Of a stretch of 64,000 nucleotides of DNA, positions 22,395 through 32,055 are shown piece after piece; position 1 is the first letter of the stretch; the number at the start of each line of letters is the position of its first letter. The notes under the pieces are model-generated. The model worked only from the letters and a program-made list of their open reading frames with translations. It had not been told where the DNA came from and ran no database searches. Made by a program: the position numbers and the translations under genes. The stretch spans positions 1,184,001-1,248,000 of the forward strand of contig OY970061.1 in NCBI GenBank assembly GCA_963705255.1. The letters are read 5' to 3'. The stretch is from an uncultured Methanoregulaceae archaeon (lineage in GTDB: Archaea > Halobacteriota > Methanomicrobia > Methanomicrobiales > Methanospirillaceae).

Positions 22395-22806
22395 TACTCT
22401 GTTGAAACCCTATTTTTCTGATCATTTGCTTATACTCTCCTGCAGTTAGGAGGGTGACCCCCTCTCTCCCCCAGCGGGGGAGGCATCCCAAGGGGAGCGT
22501 CCCCTTGAATCTCTGAGAGGTCTTCAGACCTCGAAGAGGAGAAGATTTCATCAGAAGTCTTCGACCCGTTATTTCGGGTTTTTTCATCAACCTTCTGAGG
22601 AACTATCCCGATATGGGGGATGCCCCAGCGGCGGGGTCCGAAATGGTTCATCAGAACCATGAGGAGGAGAAGAATTCGCCAGAATTCTTCGACTGCGGGG
22701 GGTCGAAGAACGCTGATGCGTTCTTCTCCAGCCTCACCTCACGTTCCGTGAGGTTCGTCGCCCCCAAGAGCGACTGCATGTTTCTCTTGAGTGTTTCAAC
22801 AGAGCC
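22395..22806. mobile_element. MITE copy 2 (inverted relative to copy 1, enlarged by hairpin inserts)
   Basis: Ends (ta)ctctgttgaaac / gtttcaacagagcc; gaaatttt duplicated on both flanks (22387-22394, 22807-22814); long blocks near-identical to 2687-2940. Confidence 0.85.
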
Positions 22807-22824
22807 GAAATTTTTACTCTGGAC

Positions 22825-23619
22825 CTACATCCGGCTTGTCGTCACCTTCATCCGGTCGGCCGTCTTCTCCTTGATGTGCATGAAGATGCTGAACAGCTTG
22901 TTCCTGTCGTCCTTGACCGGCCCTACGGTGACACTGGCCCTCCGGGTCTTTTTCGTCTTCGTCACTACGGCAGTATCGAAGTCATAGGTGATCTCGTGCA
23001 TCTGCTGGACCACTTCGGACAGCGGGTCGGGCAACTCCACGCCCCTTGCCTCGTTGATGAGCGTCAGCATATCCTTCCAGGAGTGCATCAGGATCTGATC
23101 CTCCGCACGCTCGATAAAGCTGACTGCGTAGGGATTGTAAAAGACGACCTTGCCCGTCGTGTCCATGATCAGGATCGCGTCGGAAGCCGTCATGATCTTC
23201 TTGGGTTCGCCAATCGGACAGGCAGGGTGATGTTTCTTCCGGATATCGTGGTTATACAGGGCGAGCTCGATGCCGGACAAGAGTTCCTTGTCCGTAAACG
23301 GCTTGATGATATAGCCGAGGGGCTGGGCCTGCTTCGCCCGCTCCAGGAGGTTGTTGTCACAGAATGCAGACAGGAAGACAATCGGGTAGTGGAAGAGGTT
23401 GAAGATGTACCGGGCGGCCGTGATCCCGTCCATCTGGCCGCTCAGGTGGATGTCCATCAGGACGAGGTCCGGTTCCAGTCTGGCTGACTTGAGGATCGAC
23501 TCTTCACCGGAACCGGTCTTCCCGGCAACGCTGTATCCCATGTGTTCCAGCATGGTTGTAATAAGGGTGCAGATGATCTCATCATCTTCTACAATAAGGA
23601 TGCGGGGAACTGGCACCAT
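22825..23619 (-). CDS. Response regulator (REC plus PAS-like, no output domain)
   Basis: 'ILIVEDD', 'PDLVLMDI', 'MDG', 'PIVFLSA', 'GYIIKPF', then 'ILIMDTTGKVVFYN'. Confidence 0.9.
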   Translation of the reverse strand: MVPVPRILIVEDDEIICTLITTMLEHMGYSVAGKTGSGEESILKSARLEPDLVLMDIHLSGQMDGITAARYIFNLFHYPIVFLSAFCDNNLLERAKQAQPLGYIIKPFTDKELLSGIELALYNHDIRKKHHPACPIGEPKKIMTASDAILIMDTTGKVVFYNPYAVSFIERAEDQILMHSWKDMLTLINEARGVELPDPLSEVVQQMHEITYDFDTAVVTKTKKTRRASVTVGPVKDDRNKLFSIFMHIKEKTADRMKVTTSRM

Positions 23620-23855
23620 GGCAGACCGGTATTTTTGTTCGTTCTCATTAACAGTAGATGGCGTGGCTATTTAAAAAGATTTATTCCGTTGTATCGGTAA
23701 TCGGGGCCATGCAGTGTTCGGGGATGCATCCCTGCCGGACGAGACCTGAACGGGGCTGACAGCCAACTCCGCGAGCGCCGGGAAATGAGATGCCGGACGG
23801 GATTTTTACTACCTTCAGAATAGTGATATCGTACACCGGAAACGATCCCCGGCAT

Positions 23856-24650
23856 TCACTTTGTAGCTGCTGCCATCTTGATCTGGCCAGGAGTTTTTTC
23901 CCTGATGTGCATGAGGACGCCAATCAGTTCGTGCTTTTCACCCTTTACCGGGCGGATCGTGACACTGACCTTTTTACTCTTGCCGGACTGCGTCACCATC
24001 CCGGTGTTGAACTCGAAGGTGACCACGAGCTTCTGCCTGACGACTTCAGGAACCGGGTCCGGGATCTCTTCGCCGGTCTGGTCATTGACCAGCATCATGA
24101 CCTCGCGCCAGTGATGCGTCAGGATTTCCGTTTCTGAGAGATCGAGGAACCTGAGCGTGTAGGAGTTGTAAAAAACAATCCTGCCCTGAATGTCCAGAAC
24201 GAGAACAGGGGCAAGTGCCGCCATAATCTTCCTGGGTTCACCTACCGGGTAGGCATCCAGATATTTTTTCCGGATGCTGTGGTTGTACAGGGCGAGTTCA
24301 ACGTTCGAGACGAGCTCCTTGTCCGTGAATGGCTTGAGGATATACCCCAGAGGCTGGGCAGTCTTTGCACGATCGAGCAGGTTGTCATCGCTGTGGGCAG
24401 TCAGGAACACAATCGGCATCTGGAAGAGCTGGAAGATATACTGGGCTGCCGTAACCCCGTCCATCTTCCCGCTCAGGCTGATGTCCATCAGGATGAGATC
24501 GGGCTCCAGCTCTGCGGCTTTGATGATCGCCTCTTCCCCGGAACCGATCCTGCCAACAATGCTGTACCCCTTGCGTTCCAGCATTATGGCGATCAAATTA
24601 CTGATAATCTCATCATCTTCCACAATCAGGATGCGTGGGATTGGCGCCAT
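23856..24650 (-). CDS. Response regulator (REC plus PAS-like), tandem paralog of 22825-23619
   Basis: Same length (264 aa) and same motifs. Confidence 0.9.
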   Translation of the reverse strand: MAPIPRILIVEDDEIISNLIAIMLERKGYSIVGRIGSGEEAIIKAAELEPDLILMDISLSGKMDGVTAAQYIFQLFQMPIVFLTAHSDDNLLDRAKTAQPLGYILKPFTDKELVSNVELALYNHSIRKKYLDAYPVGEPRKIMAALAPVLVLDIQGRIVFYNSYTLRFLDLSETEILTHHWREVMMLVNDQTGEEIPDPVPEVVRQKLVVTFEFNTGMVTQSGKSKKVSVTIRPVKGEKHELIGVLMHIREKTPGQIKMAAATK

Positions 24651-24705
24651 GAAGAATCCGTTTTTCGCGTAATTAAAAATGTGCGGAAGAGGTATTTAAA
24701 AAGGT

Positions 24706-25833
24706 TTATTCCGGTTTGTTGGTGATCGAGAAGACGCAGTGCTCGTCTCCCCTGGACTTGCACTTTACCTCTTTTGCCTGGACCCGTATCCCGAACGAGC
24801 CCTCGATGATCCCCGCGAGGAGGCCGGCCGTGCAGAAGCAGACGTTCCTGCCGGTATTGCCAAACGATTCCGACTCGACCGTGTGGGAGAGGGTGATCGT
24901 CTTGGTCTTGGCTTTCTCGTCCCATTCCTCCCTGACCACGTTGAACCAGCCCATCTGGGAGTAGAACGTGAATGCCATATCGGAGAGCGTCTTGGGGTTG
25001 GTTATGCCCATCTTCTTGTAATGCTCCACGTTCTCCTTCCCCATGTCCATGTAGGCCCGGTAGTTGACGCCGCTTGCAGGGACCTCGCCCATGGTCTTCT
25101 TGAGCGAGGTCGTCATGGACGTGAAGATGAACCTCGGCATCATGACCACCGGCTCGTCGATCAGCTGGATCTTGCCTTCGAGCGGCTTGTGCTCGATGAA
25201 CTCGGTGATCGCCGAATCGCCCCGGACAACAGCCTCCGCCTTGAACTTCCAGCTCGGCTCCACCTGATCGGCGACAAACTCGCAGTACTCGTCGCCTTTT
25301 GCATGGCAGGCCTTCTCAAGACAGAACCACGTCTTCCCGGTCACCGCTTTCAGGACACCTTCGATCCAGCCCTGGTGGATCCCGCAGACCGGCATGTTCC
25401 AGTCCTTTAAGACTTCGGACTCGAAGGTGTGCTTCGTGCGGAGGACGACCCGCTTCTCACCGGCTTCGAGGAGCTCGAACGGGGCACCCCATCCCTGCTG
25501 GTGCTGGAGCTTGAAGACGAGCATCAGGAACTCGGCCGGTGGTAAGTCCATGCCGAGTTTTTTTAACAGGTTGTTCAGGCCTACCGAACCCATCCCGACA
25601 GAACGGAAGAGTTTGCGCACCGCCTTCACGGCAAGTTTCCTGTTGAGGTTTGTCTCGTACATCTCGTAAATGGCTTTTACGAGATAGTTCGGGTTGCTTG
25701 CGGTTTTTACGCCGAAAACAGAATAAGCGCCGGCGAGAGGGTCAAGCTCGATATACGGGGTGATGGTCTTTTCACCCCTCATGAGCGCCTCGAAGTCTTC
25801 ACGTCCGATCTTCATGGTGGAGTGTTCTGTCAT
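24706..25833 (-). CDS. Tandem V4R-domain protein
   Basis: Two V4R motifs: 'GWG..FE...PVCGIHQGWIEG...EKACHAKGDEYCEF' and 'GWF...ES...VCFCTAGLLAG...EVKCKSRGDEHCVF'. Confidence 0.9.
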   Translation of the reverse strand: MTEHSTMKIGREDFEALMRGEKTITPYIELDPLAGAYSVFGVKTASNPNYLVKAIYEMYETNLNRKLAVKAVRKLFRSVGMGSVGLNNLLKKLGMDLPPAEFLMLVFKLQHQQGWGAPFELLEAGEKRVVLRTKHTFESEVLKDWNMPVCGIHQGWIEGVLKAVTGKTWFCLEKACHAKGDEYCEFVADQVEPSWKFKAEAVVRGDSAITEFIEHKPLEGKIQLIDEPVVMMPRFIFTSMTTSLKKTMGEVPASGVNYRAYMDMGKENVEHYKKMGITNPKTLSDMAFTFYSQMGWFNVVREEWDEKAKTKTITLSHTVESESFGNTGRNVCFCTAGLLAGIIEGSFGIRVQAKEVKCKSRGDEHCVFSITNKPE

Positions 25834-25916
25834 AATCCAATTAAAGGATTTCTCTTATCCTGCGGGGCAGCCCCGCGGAAACGGGATAAAAAAGGGAACG
25901 GGAGCAGAAATGAAGG

Positions 25917-26528
25917 CTAAAGTTCAAGGGCAAAATGCGTGTCCGCCTCATCGAACATGATATGGAATGAAGTGATCACCTGGTTGCGGTCCTGGACGAT
26001 GCAGTCGTACCCGCCGTACATGACCCTGAAGCCGGCGCTGCCATCCTGCGTGGTGATATCGCTGCCGACAATCTGGCCATCCTTCCGTATCGAGACCCGC
26101 AGCCCGTTCTGGGGTTCCCTGTCCCGGAGGACGGTCAGGGAGAGCAGCCCGATACCAGAACTCTTCTTCCCGATCTCGGGCAGAACGTACGCGATGCTCT
26201 TCCCCAGGTGCGTCTTCTCGAAGATCCTGCACCCCATGACCACGGCATCGACAATATCCGGCTTGATGTCGCAGAGTACAAATTTTTCATGGCCGGTGAT
26301 CCGTATGAGCGCCTTGTCCCCGTACAGTTCCCCCTTCCCGTCGATATAGATAGCCCCTTCGGGTTCCCCCCGGACAAGCGCAAGGCAGAGTTCATATTCC
26401 GTCTCCTTTGCAACGGCAAGACCGCTCACACTCCCGTCACCCGCGAACCTGAGCAGATCGGGGAGCGTGAACGTACCGAGGGATTGTGAGCCTGTAAGAA
26501 TATTTTCGATCAGGTCCTGGATTCTCAT
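25917..26528 (-). CDS. Hypothetical protein (DUF2226-like N-terminus plus small beta-sandwich C-terminus)
   Basis: 'SGLAV......LALVRGEPEGAIY....G.LYGDKAL' resembles neighbouring DUF2226-like genes; C-terminal 'DITTQDGSAGF...GGYDCIV'. Confidence 0.55.
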   Translation of the reverse strand: MRIQDLIENILTGSQSLGTFTLPDLLRFAGDGSVSGLAVAKETEYELCLALVRGEPEGAIYIDGKGELYGDKALIRITGHEKFVLCDIKPDIVDAVVMGCRIFEKTHLGKSIAYVLPEIGKKSSGIGLLSLTVLRDREPQNGLRVSIRKDGQIVGSDITTQDGSAGFRVMYGGYDCIVQDRNQVITSFHIMFDEADTHFALEL

Positions 26529-26695
26529 GCAAGATGTACCGTCGTATGGATCAGGGGGGCGGTTTTTCAGCCGTGCGATCCTGGTTCAAGGGAGTATTCG
26601 CGAGCGGATATTATATAAGTGCGGTGGGCGGCCGGTGCCGGCCGCCTCTCCATCGCCATACATAAGTGCTCGGGAAAAGAGATCAGTATGGATTT

Positions 26696-27910
26696 ATGGA
26701 AGTATTCTACCCCATGGCGATCTCGGCGGTTGCGGTCCTTGCCACCCTGGTCTATGCCTCGTATCTCGATATCAGGGACCGGCGCGTGCCATTCATCACC
26801 TGGATGCCGATGCTCGCGATAGGTATTGTCTGCACCTCCATCCTTCTCTGGCAGACAACGGTGAACGCAAGTCTTGTGACCGGTTACCTTGCTCTCGTTG
26901 CAAGCTTCCTCTACGCGGATTACCTGGACAACCGGGGCAGGACGGATTCCCTCTGGCTGACCGGGTATTATGCGAAGTCGCGGATGTTCTGGTACCTTAT
27001 TCCCGTGATCGCCCTGCCGGTGCTCTCGTGGTTTGTGCTCCCACGGTCGGTGAACCCCCAGATCATCCCATGGTTCGTGATGTTTGCCGGTATTTTTGCC
27101 TATGCCACGTATATGGAATACAAGAACGTTCCTGAGGCGATGTCCCGGAAGAAGAAGCGGAAGAATCAGGAGCCGGCAGCAGCTGATGTGAAGGATGCGA
27201 TCAGCCGCTGGTATTTCGTACTGATCATCCTGATCTTCGCGATCGTCTCGCTCCTGATGCTCTTCAGCTCCAGTGCCGGCGCTGCGCCCGGGTGGGGCCA
27301 GCCTGCCATCGTGATCCTGCTGCTCTCCGTCTTCTGCGGTGTATTCTACGTCTTTGGCAGGAAGAACCTCTTTGGCGGGGCCGATGCCTCGGCATTGATC
27401 TTCATCTCATTCTGCGTCCCCACGTTTCCCTTCACCCCTCTCCTCGGGACCCCTCCGCTCGGCTTTCTCTCCTTCACAGTCCTGATCAATGCGCTCCTGC
27501 TGAACCTTGCGGCGCCAATCGGGATCTTCCTCATCAATATCTTCCGTGGAAACCGGGCACCACTCATGTACATGTTCTTCGGCTTCCCGGTCAAGGGGGC
27601 AGAGATCCAGAAGGAATGGGGCTTCGTGATGGAGGATTTCGAGGAGACGAACGGGTCGATCTCCCGGAAGTTCATCGGATTCTCCGATTCAATCCGCCGG
27701 ATGCTGGATGGGGAAGGGCGGATCTATACCAAGGATCTCCGGGAGCACCCGGAGGATTTTGCCGATGAACTCGCCACGTACCGGAAAGCCGGAAACGTCT
27801 GGATCTGGTACGCGGTCCCGTTCATCATCCCCATCACCGCGGGTTTTGTTACAGCGGTCGTCTTAGGGGACTTCCTCTTTGCGATCATGAAGATCTTCAC
27901 GGGGGCCTGA
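26696..27910 (+). CDS. A24 prepilin/prearchaellin peptidase (FlaK/PibD-like)
   Basis: Catalytic motifs '[10 protein letters not shown]' and 'FGGADA'; C-terminal '[16 protein letters not shown]'. Confidence 0.9.
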   Translation: MEVFYPMAISAVAVLATLVYASYLDIRDRRVPFITWMPMLAIGIVCTSILLWQTTVNASLVTGYLALVASFLYADYLDNRGRTDSLWLTGYYAKSRMFWYLIPVIALPVLSWFVLPRSVNPQIIPWFVMFAGIFAYATYMEYKNVPEAMSRKKKRKNQEPAAADVKDAISRWYFVLIILIFAIVSLLMLFSSSAGAAPGWGQPAIVILLLSVFCGVFYVFGRKNLFGGADASALIFISFCVPTFPFTPLLGTPPLGFLSFTVLINALLLNLAAPIGIFLINIFRGNRAPLMYMFFGFPVKGAEIQKEWGFVMEDFEETNGSISRKFIGFSDSIRRMLDGEGRIYTKDLREHPEDFADELATYRKAGNVWIWYAVPFIIPITAGFVTAVVLGDFLFAIMKIFTGA

Positions 27911-27917
27911 AGACGGC

Positions 27918-28286
27918 ATGCCGGACCTGAAATTCCAGGACGGGCTCATCCCGGTGATCGTGCAGGATGCGAAAAGCCGCGAGGTGCTGATGATGGCCTA
28001 TGCCAGCGAAGAGGCCGTACGGCTCACACGGGAGACCGGCTTTGCCCACTACTACAGCCGGAGCAGGAAGAAACTCTGGAAGAAGGGCGAGGAGAGCGGC
28101 CACTTCCAGAAGGTGGAGAGGATCCTCACCGACTGCGACGACGACTGCCTGATCTACGAGGTGGTGCAGACGGGTGCCGCCTGCCACATGGGCTACGTGT
28201 CCTGCTTCTACCGCACGCTTGACGGGAGGGTCGTGGGGACGAAGGTGTTCGACCCGGAGAAGGTCTACAAGAAACAGGGGCATTAA
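27918..28286 (+). CDS. hisI: Phosphoribosyl-AMP cyclohydrolase
   Basis: 'GLIPVIVQD', '[18 protein letters not shown]', 'DCDDDCL', '[13 protein letters not shown]'. Confidence 0.97.
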   Translation: MPDLKFQDGLIPVIVQDAKSREVLMMAYASEEAVRLTRETGFAHYYSRSRKKLWKKGEESGHFQKVERILTDCDDDCLIYEVVQTGAACHMGYVSCFYRTLDGRVVGTKVFDPEKVYKKQGH

Positions 28287-28376
28287 AGCACGGGAAAATT
28301 TCTTTTTTGGTTTTGGAGAATGCTCAAAGATAATATTATGACGCTCATGGGGGAGACCGATACGAAGTATCGGGCT

Positions 28377-28648
28377 GGAGAAGAGCCATCAGGCTCTTCG
28401 ACCCATATGCCTCGAAGAACTCTGATGAGTTCTTCTTATCCTCGAGGTCCTGATAAACCTCTTCGGAACTCGAAGAACTCTGATGAGTTCTTCTTATCCT
28501 CGAGGTCCTGATAAACCTCTTCGGAACTCGAAGAACTCTGATGAGTTCTCCTTGTCCTTTCCTAGCCTTGACAGTCCGCGAGAGTACCTCCAAAATACGC
28601 CCTCGAAGAATCTGTCCTGGATTCTTTCGAAGAACTCTGTTCTTCTCC
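28377..28648. repeat. Hairpin cluster including a perfect 58-bp tandem repeat (~2.4 copies)
   Basis: ctcgaagaactcTGATgagttc at 28411, 28469, 28527 with identical linkers; inverted copy at 28377; degenerate copies near 28603-28648. Confidence 0.9.
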
Positions 28649-29158
28649 TGTTTCGGGTCTTATGACCCTCATCATTCTCATGCCCCTTCCTGATGGAACG
28701 GGGCACTCTACGGGCTCCGATTCCCTGTTTTTCCGGACACAGAGACAGTAATTCCGGAAAATGAGACATTAATTCATGCAATTCCGGTCATTTTTACTTC
28801 GGAAAACATGAGACGCTATTTGGGTGTATTTGGAAGGCGAAAAGGGGGGGGGGGACAGGTTTTAGCCTGTCTCTGCATATTTTCCAGCTCCGGATGGTTT
28901 CCCTGACGGGTAATTCTGAGTACCTCCCATCCGGGCCCGAAGCGGGCTCCGTTTACCCATTTCCGGAGGCTTACCGTGTCATAATTCGGAGAACTCTGAT
29001 GGAAATACACAATCAACTGTGAATAAAAATGAATTCCTTATTTGGAAAATTTTTTGAAAAGCATCAGTCGTTGTCAACCTTTTTTGTTCAAACTCTTAAT
29101 TGCCTCACTTTCAAATAGTAACTCAATTTCCCTTCACTATCGTACGGTCAGATCCAAA

Positions 29159-30328
29159 TTACATGAAGAATTTTTCATCAATCTTAATTCCAGCAGCATC
29201 AATTTCTTTTGCGATTTTTTTCTTCCACTCTCCTTTCTGATCAAGCGGTGTGTAAAGGAGACCGTCAATATCAGAAGGACGTTCAATGTCACTTTCGCAA
29301 AGTGCTGCAACCCTACCACGTCCAAGTTTTGCAATAAAATAGCCAAACTCAAAAATCACATTTTGTCTTGCTCTCGGTTTTAGAAGGGAAGATATTTCTT
29401 CTATCCATTTAATGAATTGACCTTTTAGAATTTCACGTTCTTTGTCTGAAATACCCTCTAGTAACTTGGGATTTATGAGGCAGTTGAATAAAAATAAGTC
29501 GTTAGTTGTTGCTTGCCCACTTGGTAATACACCTCCAAAGTCGTCTTCTGTTAATATAATTACAGCAAAACCAACGTCGGAGTAGTGTTCCACTTTCTCA
29601 ATAATCGTTTTACCAAGACTTACTTGTTTATGAAGAATGATTGGTTCAAGGTCAATAGAGATGAGAAATTCTTCCACTTCACTTTTTATTTTCTCATCCT
29701 GTCCATGAACAATGAAGACTTTACGATTACTAGGTCTTTCTTTAACCATTGAATCCGCATTATCTTTGGGTATAATAACAGGTTCGTCTTGAATTTCGGT
29801 AGGTTCTGGATCAAGGATTGACAAAATTGCATCTGAATCATACCCTGCAAATTTTAAAAACATCCGTACATCTTCGTCATCATCGCATATATCAACCAAA
29901 TCGAGCGCGATTATTCGTATTAAGGCATCATGTATTGGAATAGGTTCCCAAGTATTCAAATTGCGATTGTATTGTGAATAATATGTTAAAAAAGAAACAA
30001 CAATTTCAACAAATTGTATGTTTTTTGAACTGTATATCTCAGTCAAAAGATCCTTTAAGAATGGTTTTACAAGGGCTTCTGGAAAATTTCTAAAATCAAC
30101 TACTAATTTTCCAGATGTGGTAAGTGAATGTTTTAATGGAACAGGGATACCGAATTCTTGATGAAGGGAAGTGACAATTGTATCCCTACTTTTCTCTAAC
30201 CCATTTTCCTCACAAAACAACTCAAATTTATTCGATTTAAAAAAACCACGAAGCCCTAGTAGTTGCAAATGAACATATAATTTTTTAAGAACTCTTTCGA
30301 TTTCATTACGAGTTTCCATAAATCTCAA
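29159..30328 (-). CDS. Protein with C-terminal TIR-like nucleotide-binding domain (CAP12/Pycsar-type TIR)
   Basis: 'KVFIVHGQD', 'LEPIILH', 'GKTIIEKVE', 'FAVIILTEDD', 'RARQNVIFEFGYF..KLGR', 'PSDIDGLLY'; low GC. Confidence 0.88.
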   Translation of the reverse strand: MRFMETRNEIERVLKKLYVHLQLLGLRGFFKSNKFELFCEENGLEKSRDTIVTSLHQEFGIPVPLKHSLTTSGKLVVDFRNFPEALVKPFLKDLLTEIYSSKNIQFVEIVVSFLTYYSQYNRNLNTWEPIPIHDALIRIIALDLVDICDDDEDVRMFLKFAGYDSDAILSILDPEPTEIQDEPVIIPKDNADSMVKERPSNRKVFIVHGQDEKIKSEVEEFLISIDLEPIILHKQVSLGKTIIEKVEHYSDVGFAVIILTEDDFGGVLPSGQATTNDLFLFNCLINPKLLEGISDKEREILKGQFIKWIEEISSLLKPRARQNVIFEFGYFIAKLGRGRVAALCESDIERPSDIDGLLYTPLDQKGEWKKKIAKEIDAAGIKIDEKFFM

Positions 30329-30661
30329 TCAGTAATTTCACACACTCATAACTATTAAAATGACCTTTTCCAGTGATCGTTTTAGGTGCCGTTATCGTTA
30401 TTCTCATATACAGACCTGAACAAAAAAGTAACCCCGGAGTGTATAAAGAGCGTAATTGTTCGAAGAATTTGAAAAATCGGATACTACCAACAAATACATT
30501 GTTGACTGTGATAAAATTAAAAAAGAGTTTCAACCTTAATTTCACGGAGTTTTTTCATTAAGTTTTCTAAATGAACTCAATAATGAATTCTTATTCCAAT
30601 AAACGCGCAATAATGATACACGCGCATTAATATATATTCTAAAAATGTATTAATTCAAGCA

Positions 30662-31858
30662 ATGAAAATTTGTCCCAAATGTAATTTCGAAAACTTTCAA
30701 CGTCAAGATTTCTGCGAGCGGTGCAATTGTGATATTGTAACAATCAAAAAAGAATCATTTCACATCGACCAATTCATTGCGAATAACGCTAACTCATATA
30801 CCGTAATAAGTGTTTTAATCGCGTTGGCAGCGTTTCTGTATGATCCTTCTTTCTTCAACCAATCAGTATCATCGGTTCTTTCTAGTCAATTTTCTACAAT
30901 TATTGTAGTACCACTCGCCTTCTCAGTATATCTTTTAGCCAAATTAATTGTTAAAGGGTGGAGATATCTCAATTTAAATGAAACAGAAGTATCACCGGAT
31001 TTAATTCGAGTTTACATTTTTACTGTAATTCAACTAATGTTTATTTTAGGTCTTTTGTTCATCATCGATAAAACAAATAATATGGGAGGATTTTCTATTC
31101 TAGTAGGACTTGTCGTAGTTCCTGAATTTTTATCTGAAAGCCAGAAAAAAACGTTAAATGCAAAAATAATATTACTATCAGCCTTATTTTCTCTAATTTT
31201 AGGGTTGTTCCTATTACTTTCCATATCTTGGATTTATTCAATTGTCCATTGGGATGCGTTATTTGTCTTTTTGTTTACTTATGGAATTTTTATTTGCTTT
31301 TTAAGCGTCGGAGAAATGATGGGAGCATCTGTTTATTTCATTTCGGAAGGATATATCAAAGATACTGAAACCAAAGATGCATTAACAAAATTAAGAGAGC
31401 GTCTTACTTTTGGCGTCCCTCTCCTCATTGTGGGGCTTAGTTGCATGGCTACAATGTCCTCGGTTTTCTTTGCGCTTTTCACCCGGGCACTTTTTCTCAT
31501 TCCACTACCCAAGGTCGGGCAGACACCTGTCACCCATCGCCGGAGCCTCACCCCCGGAGGCAGCGGGGCCGGACCTGCCCCTGCCGGTGCGATCCCCGTA
31601 TGCCTCGGGTGCCCCCGTCCCGAACGTCCGCCGTGCGATATCAAGCAGGCAGAAGAATGCCGCGGCTTCGACCGGGTCACTGAACAGTGCCAGTTCTGCA
31701 TCCGTCCGTTTCTCAAGGATATCCGTGAGATACTTCCCGTATTCCTTCTCATGGATCTTCAGCGCCCGGGTGGTCTTCTTCCACCTTCGGATGACCCCGT
31801 CCAGTTCCATAGTCCGCATACTGTCACCGTACACCCGTGGGCCGGTGCAGGGGGATAA
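30662..31858 (+). CDS. Zinc-ribbon plus multi-TM hypothetical protein; 3' end unreliable
   Basis: 'CPKCNFEN...FCERC' then several hydrophobic helices; frame runs from AT-rich into GC-rich sequence near 31420. Confidence 0.55.
   Translation: MKICPKCNFENFQRQDFCERCNCDIVTIKKESFHIDQFIANNANSYTVISVLIALAAFLYDPSFFNQSVSSVLSSQFSTIIVVPLAFSVYLLAKLIVKGWRYLNLNETEVSPDLIRVYIFTVIQLMFILGLLFIIDKTNNMGGFSILVGLVVVPEFLSESQKKTLNAKIILLSALFSLILGLFLLLSISWIYSIVHWDALFVFLFTYGIFICFLSVGEMMGASVYFISEGYIKDTETKDALTKLRERLTFGVPLLIVGLSCMATMSSVFFALFTRALFLIPLPKVGQTPVTHRRSLTPGGSGAGPAPAGAIPVCLGCPRPERPPCDIKQAEECRGFDRVTEQCQFCIRPFLKDIREILPVFLLMDLQRPGGLLPPSDDPVQFHSPHTVTVHPWAGAGG
31505..31819 (-). CDS. Hypothetical protein
   Basis: 'MELDGVIRRWKKTTRALK...FSDPVEAAAFFCLLDIAR'; host-like codon style. 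Confidence 0.45.
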   Translation of the reverse strand: MRTMELDGVIRRWKKTTRALKIHEKEYGKYLTDILEKRTDAELALFSDPVEAAAFFCLLDIARRTFGTGAPEAYGDRTGRGRSGPAASGGEAPAMGDRCLPDLG

Positions 31859-32055
31859 GGATCGGGCAGGCAGGGGGTGAAAGTGCAAGGCCGGGGGTGC
31901 CGGCCTTCAGCGGTGGGAGGTATTGCCACCAAAAAATCCCTGAAAAAATATGTCGTGAGCCGGGGTGATCTGCCCTGCCGGCCGGACCGTCACCGCCCGT
32001 CTTCCGGCAGGGCTGCTGGATTACCTTATTGGGGGATCAGTTCCTACCGGATGTG

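Noticed and set aside
28411-28550. CRISPR array
   Set aside because: The 'spacers' are identical, there are only about 2.4 units and no cas genes; this is a tandem repeat
28411-28550. Hammerhead ribozymes suggested by CTGATGAG
   Set aside because: CTGATGA sits within a perfect hairpin, and there is no correctly placed GAAA after a stem II or a stem III/UH site
29159-30328. Complete CBASS, Pycsar or Thoeris operon
   Set aside because: No cyclase, ThsA-like or ancillary gene is adjacent
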